From the NCBI GenBank assembly GCA_965235115.1, contig OZ249440.1:32862001-32926000 (forward strand): a stretch of DNA of 64,000 nt, read 5' to 3'. The DNA comes from Laetmonice hystrix (taxonomy: Eukaryota). Position numbers and translations under genes: made by a program. How positions within the stretch are numbered: position 1 is the stretch's first letter; the number at the start of each line of letters is the position of its first letter. The notes under the pieces were generated by a model. It was not told the DNA's origin. It worked only from the letters and a program-made list of their open reading frames with translations, and searched no databases. Below, piece by piece: positions 61,858 through 64,000 of the stretch.

Positions 61858-62664
61858 TAATAATAGTATGGGCCTATAGTCTACACTAGGCCTTGGCTAT
61901 ATGCCTATTGAAATGACAGAATCGGCCCCCTGCTCCCACCCCGTCCTACATTTAGCCCCCACCCTTAAAAAAAGTTCTGGATCCGCCCATGGAAGTAATG
62001 GGAAGTTGAAGATAACAACATCTAATCTTGCATAAAATATTACATAATAACCAGGGACAGTCTAAGGAGGACACAGGTCAAATATATCATTAAAAATGGC
62101 TGCTTGGTGGCCATCTTGGATTTAAAGAAATTCGTAGTAATTTTCTGGATTTCGTTCTTGCTGACAGAAGGCATGAGGGGCAACAAGCGTGCCAGGTACA
62201 TACAAAGTGCATCTTCACGCCGGATAATGCTATCAAGATGTACATAACTGCATAGAACTTTACTAAGATGCAGACGAAGTACATACGAAGTTTCATTTGA
62301 CAATATCTCCTTTGCCCTTCAAAGATCAATTGAAGTCGTGCGTCGTTTTTTCAAGAACCCATAGTTTGTGGTGGGGGCTTTTTCCAGGATGTTGGGATTT
62401 CATCCAGAGGGATTAGGGTATACAGAATATAGAAATTGTTATTTTATTTCTATTTTATTCTGTAAACTTCTGCCACTTAAATCCATCTGTCAGCTAGCAG
62501 CTAGGTAGTAGGCCTATCATGTGGAGGTTGCCAGATATAGACTAGAGACCATCTATGGCAGGCGCGTGTTCGGGGGAGGGGGGGGGTCCAGGGTTCCTGA
62601 CCCCCCCCCCCTGCAGCGGTGTACGCAGAACTGAGAATGAGATATGGGGGGGGGGGTCAACTGA

Positions 62665-62970
62665 GATCTGCCAAGGAATATCACGTGAAAAAAGATGTTT
62701 GATATACACATCTTCCCTCCTTGATGACCAAGTCGTCCTCATCAATCTTATTCCCCTAAACAGGACTTTTAAATCTGCCAAGCACCTGAAAAAAGATGTT
62801 TGATATACACACATCTTCCGTCTTTCACGACAAAGTCGTCCACATCAATCTTATTTTCCTGAAACAGGACTTTTAAATCTGCCAAGCAATATCACTTGAA
62901 AAAAGATGTTTTATATACACACATCTTCCCTCCTTCATGACAAAGTCGTCCACATCAATCTTATTCTCCT
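62665..62970. repeat. 3 x about 100-bp tandem repeat
   Basis: GAAAAAAGATGTTTGATATACACA...AAGTCGTCC.CATCAATCTTATT recurs three times. Confidence 0.85.
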
Positions 62971-63320
62971 CTGACATTGTCTATTCTACCATTATTAAAC
63001 ATTGATTTGTTGTTGCCCGGACATAGCTGCTAAATAAAGTTCTTCATCTAATATAATATGTTCATCTTTTTGTATTACAATGCAATTACTGATACTATTG
63101 ATCATAACGTGAAGTGACACTCTCAATGTTTTTTGGGACATTATGGTGTAAACCCCATCTTCCAACACCATCCGACCGAGACCCATGCACCTTATGAACT
63201 TTCCCTGACAGTTGTCATCTCGGAAACGGGATTCCGTGTTGCCAGCAACACCTCAAGACTAGTTCCTATTTTTGTTATTCCAGTTGGCGTTTACTTTGAG
63301 ATAGGCCTACGACAGTTGCC

Positions 63321-63457
63321 ATGAAATTGAAGGGTGACCCAGAGTGGGATCGTTTGTATCCCAAGGGGACCTTCCCAGCCACTCCAGAAGGGAACAGAGC
63401 CAGGGCTCGGGCACGTCAAGCTTTCTTGAAGGCACGGGACCCGGACTATGCCAAAAG
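63321..63457 (+). CDS. Exon 1 of a basic Arg-rich protein, possibly a transposase N-terminus (MKLKGDPEWDRLYPKGTFPATPEGNRARARARQAFLKARDPDYAK)
   Basis: GCCATG start and AG/GTAATG donor; in frame with the next two exons. Confidence 0.55.
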
Positions 63458-63573
63458 GTAATGGAGTCAGTTTGTCTCTTTTAATCATAAATAGTTCATT
63501 TTTCCAATGTACTGCAGTTAAAATTTATTACCAGGGTATTCTAATGTTTCTAATAAGGAACCGTTGTTTACAG

Positions 63574-63704
63574 TGAAGCTGAACGAGTCAGAACCAGCCG
63601 TAAGAGAGTGGCAGAGCTGGTGAACGGGAATTCAGAGGACAGGCAAAAGCTGGAGAGGCTGCGTGCCCAAGGACGAGCCCGAAGCGCCCGCTTTCGTGGC
63701 AAAG
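63574..63704 (+). CDS. Exon 2 (SEAERVRTSRKRVAELVNGNSEDRQKLERLRAQGRARSARFRGK)
   Basis: TTTACAG acceptor; ends at AAG/GCAAGT (GC donor); phase 2 to 1. Confidence 0.55.
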
Positions 63705-63881
63705 GCAAGTATTTAAGCATGAGGGGTCAAGAAAAGGGATTTGGGGAACTGCAAGTGACAGTAGTGCACATGCACTGTTATTGCAGTAATGTGCCTTCAG
63801 ACAAGTTTGCGATACAACCATAATATTCCCCATACATGGACGTAAATGCAATGTTTCCTTATTGCCCCTCTTATTACACAG

Positions 63882-64000
63882 CTAAAGCCAAGAAAGACAA
63901 GCATCAGCTACAAGGGGCAAGACGGTCGGCGAGACTGACTCAGCTGCAATCCTCCACTGTCACAGGCTCGGCTACACTGGTCACCACTGAACAGGCCTGC
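63882..64000 (+). CDS. Exon 3 (AKAKKDKHQLQGARRSARLTQLQ...), open to the window end
   Basis: Pyrimidine-rich tract plus CACAG acceptor; the frame stays open to 64000. Confidence 0.5.

Overview
Repeat-rich eukaryotic DNA from an animal, most likely an invertebrate. About 40 kb of the minus strand carries a spliced SEC14-like (CRAL-TRIO, SEC14L2-type) lipid-transfer gene. I could chain 8 coding exons in frame from the ATG at 41567 down to about 2115, and the 3' end lies off-window. Its introns and upstream region are filled with minisatellites and non-autonomous DNA transposons (Tc1/mariner-, Harbinger-, Kolobok-, hAT-, ISL2EU- and Helentron/HINE-like). Upstream are (i) an Academ-type transposon with a 531-aa transposase fragment, (ii) an apparently intact, young CR1-group LINE at 47885-53688, (iii) a 4.3-kb palindromic AcademX derivative with a second Academ-type element nested at its centre, and (iv) the first exons of a plus-strand gene with a GC-AG intron. 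The most notable observation is that the LINE ORF1 ends in a complete NADAR (YbiA-like, N-glycosidase / ADP-ribose-removing) domain with the family's conserved motifs. This suggests a retrotransposon carrying an enzyme that could counter nucleic-acid ADP-ribosylation. All family assignments come from motifs and termini recognised by eye; no searches were run.
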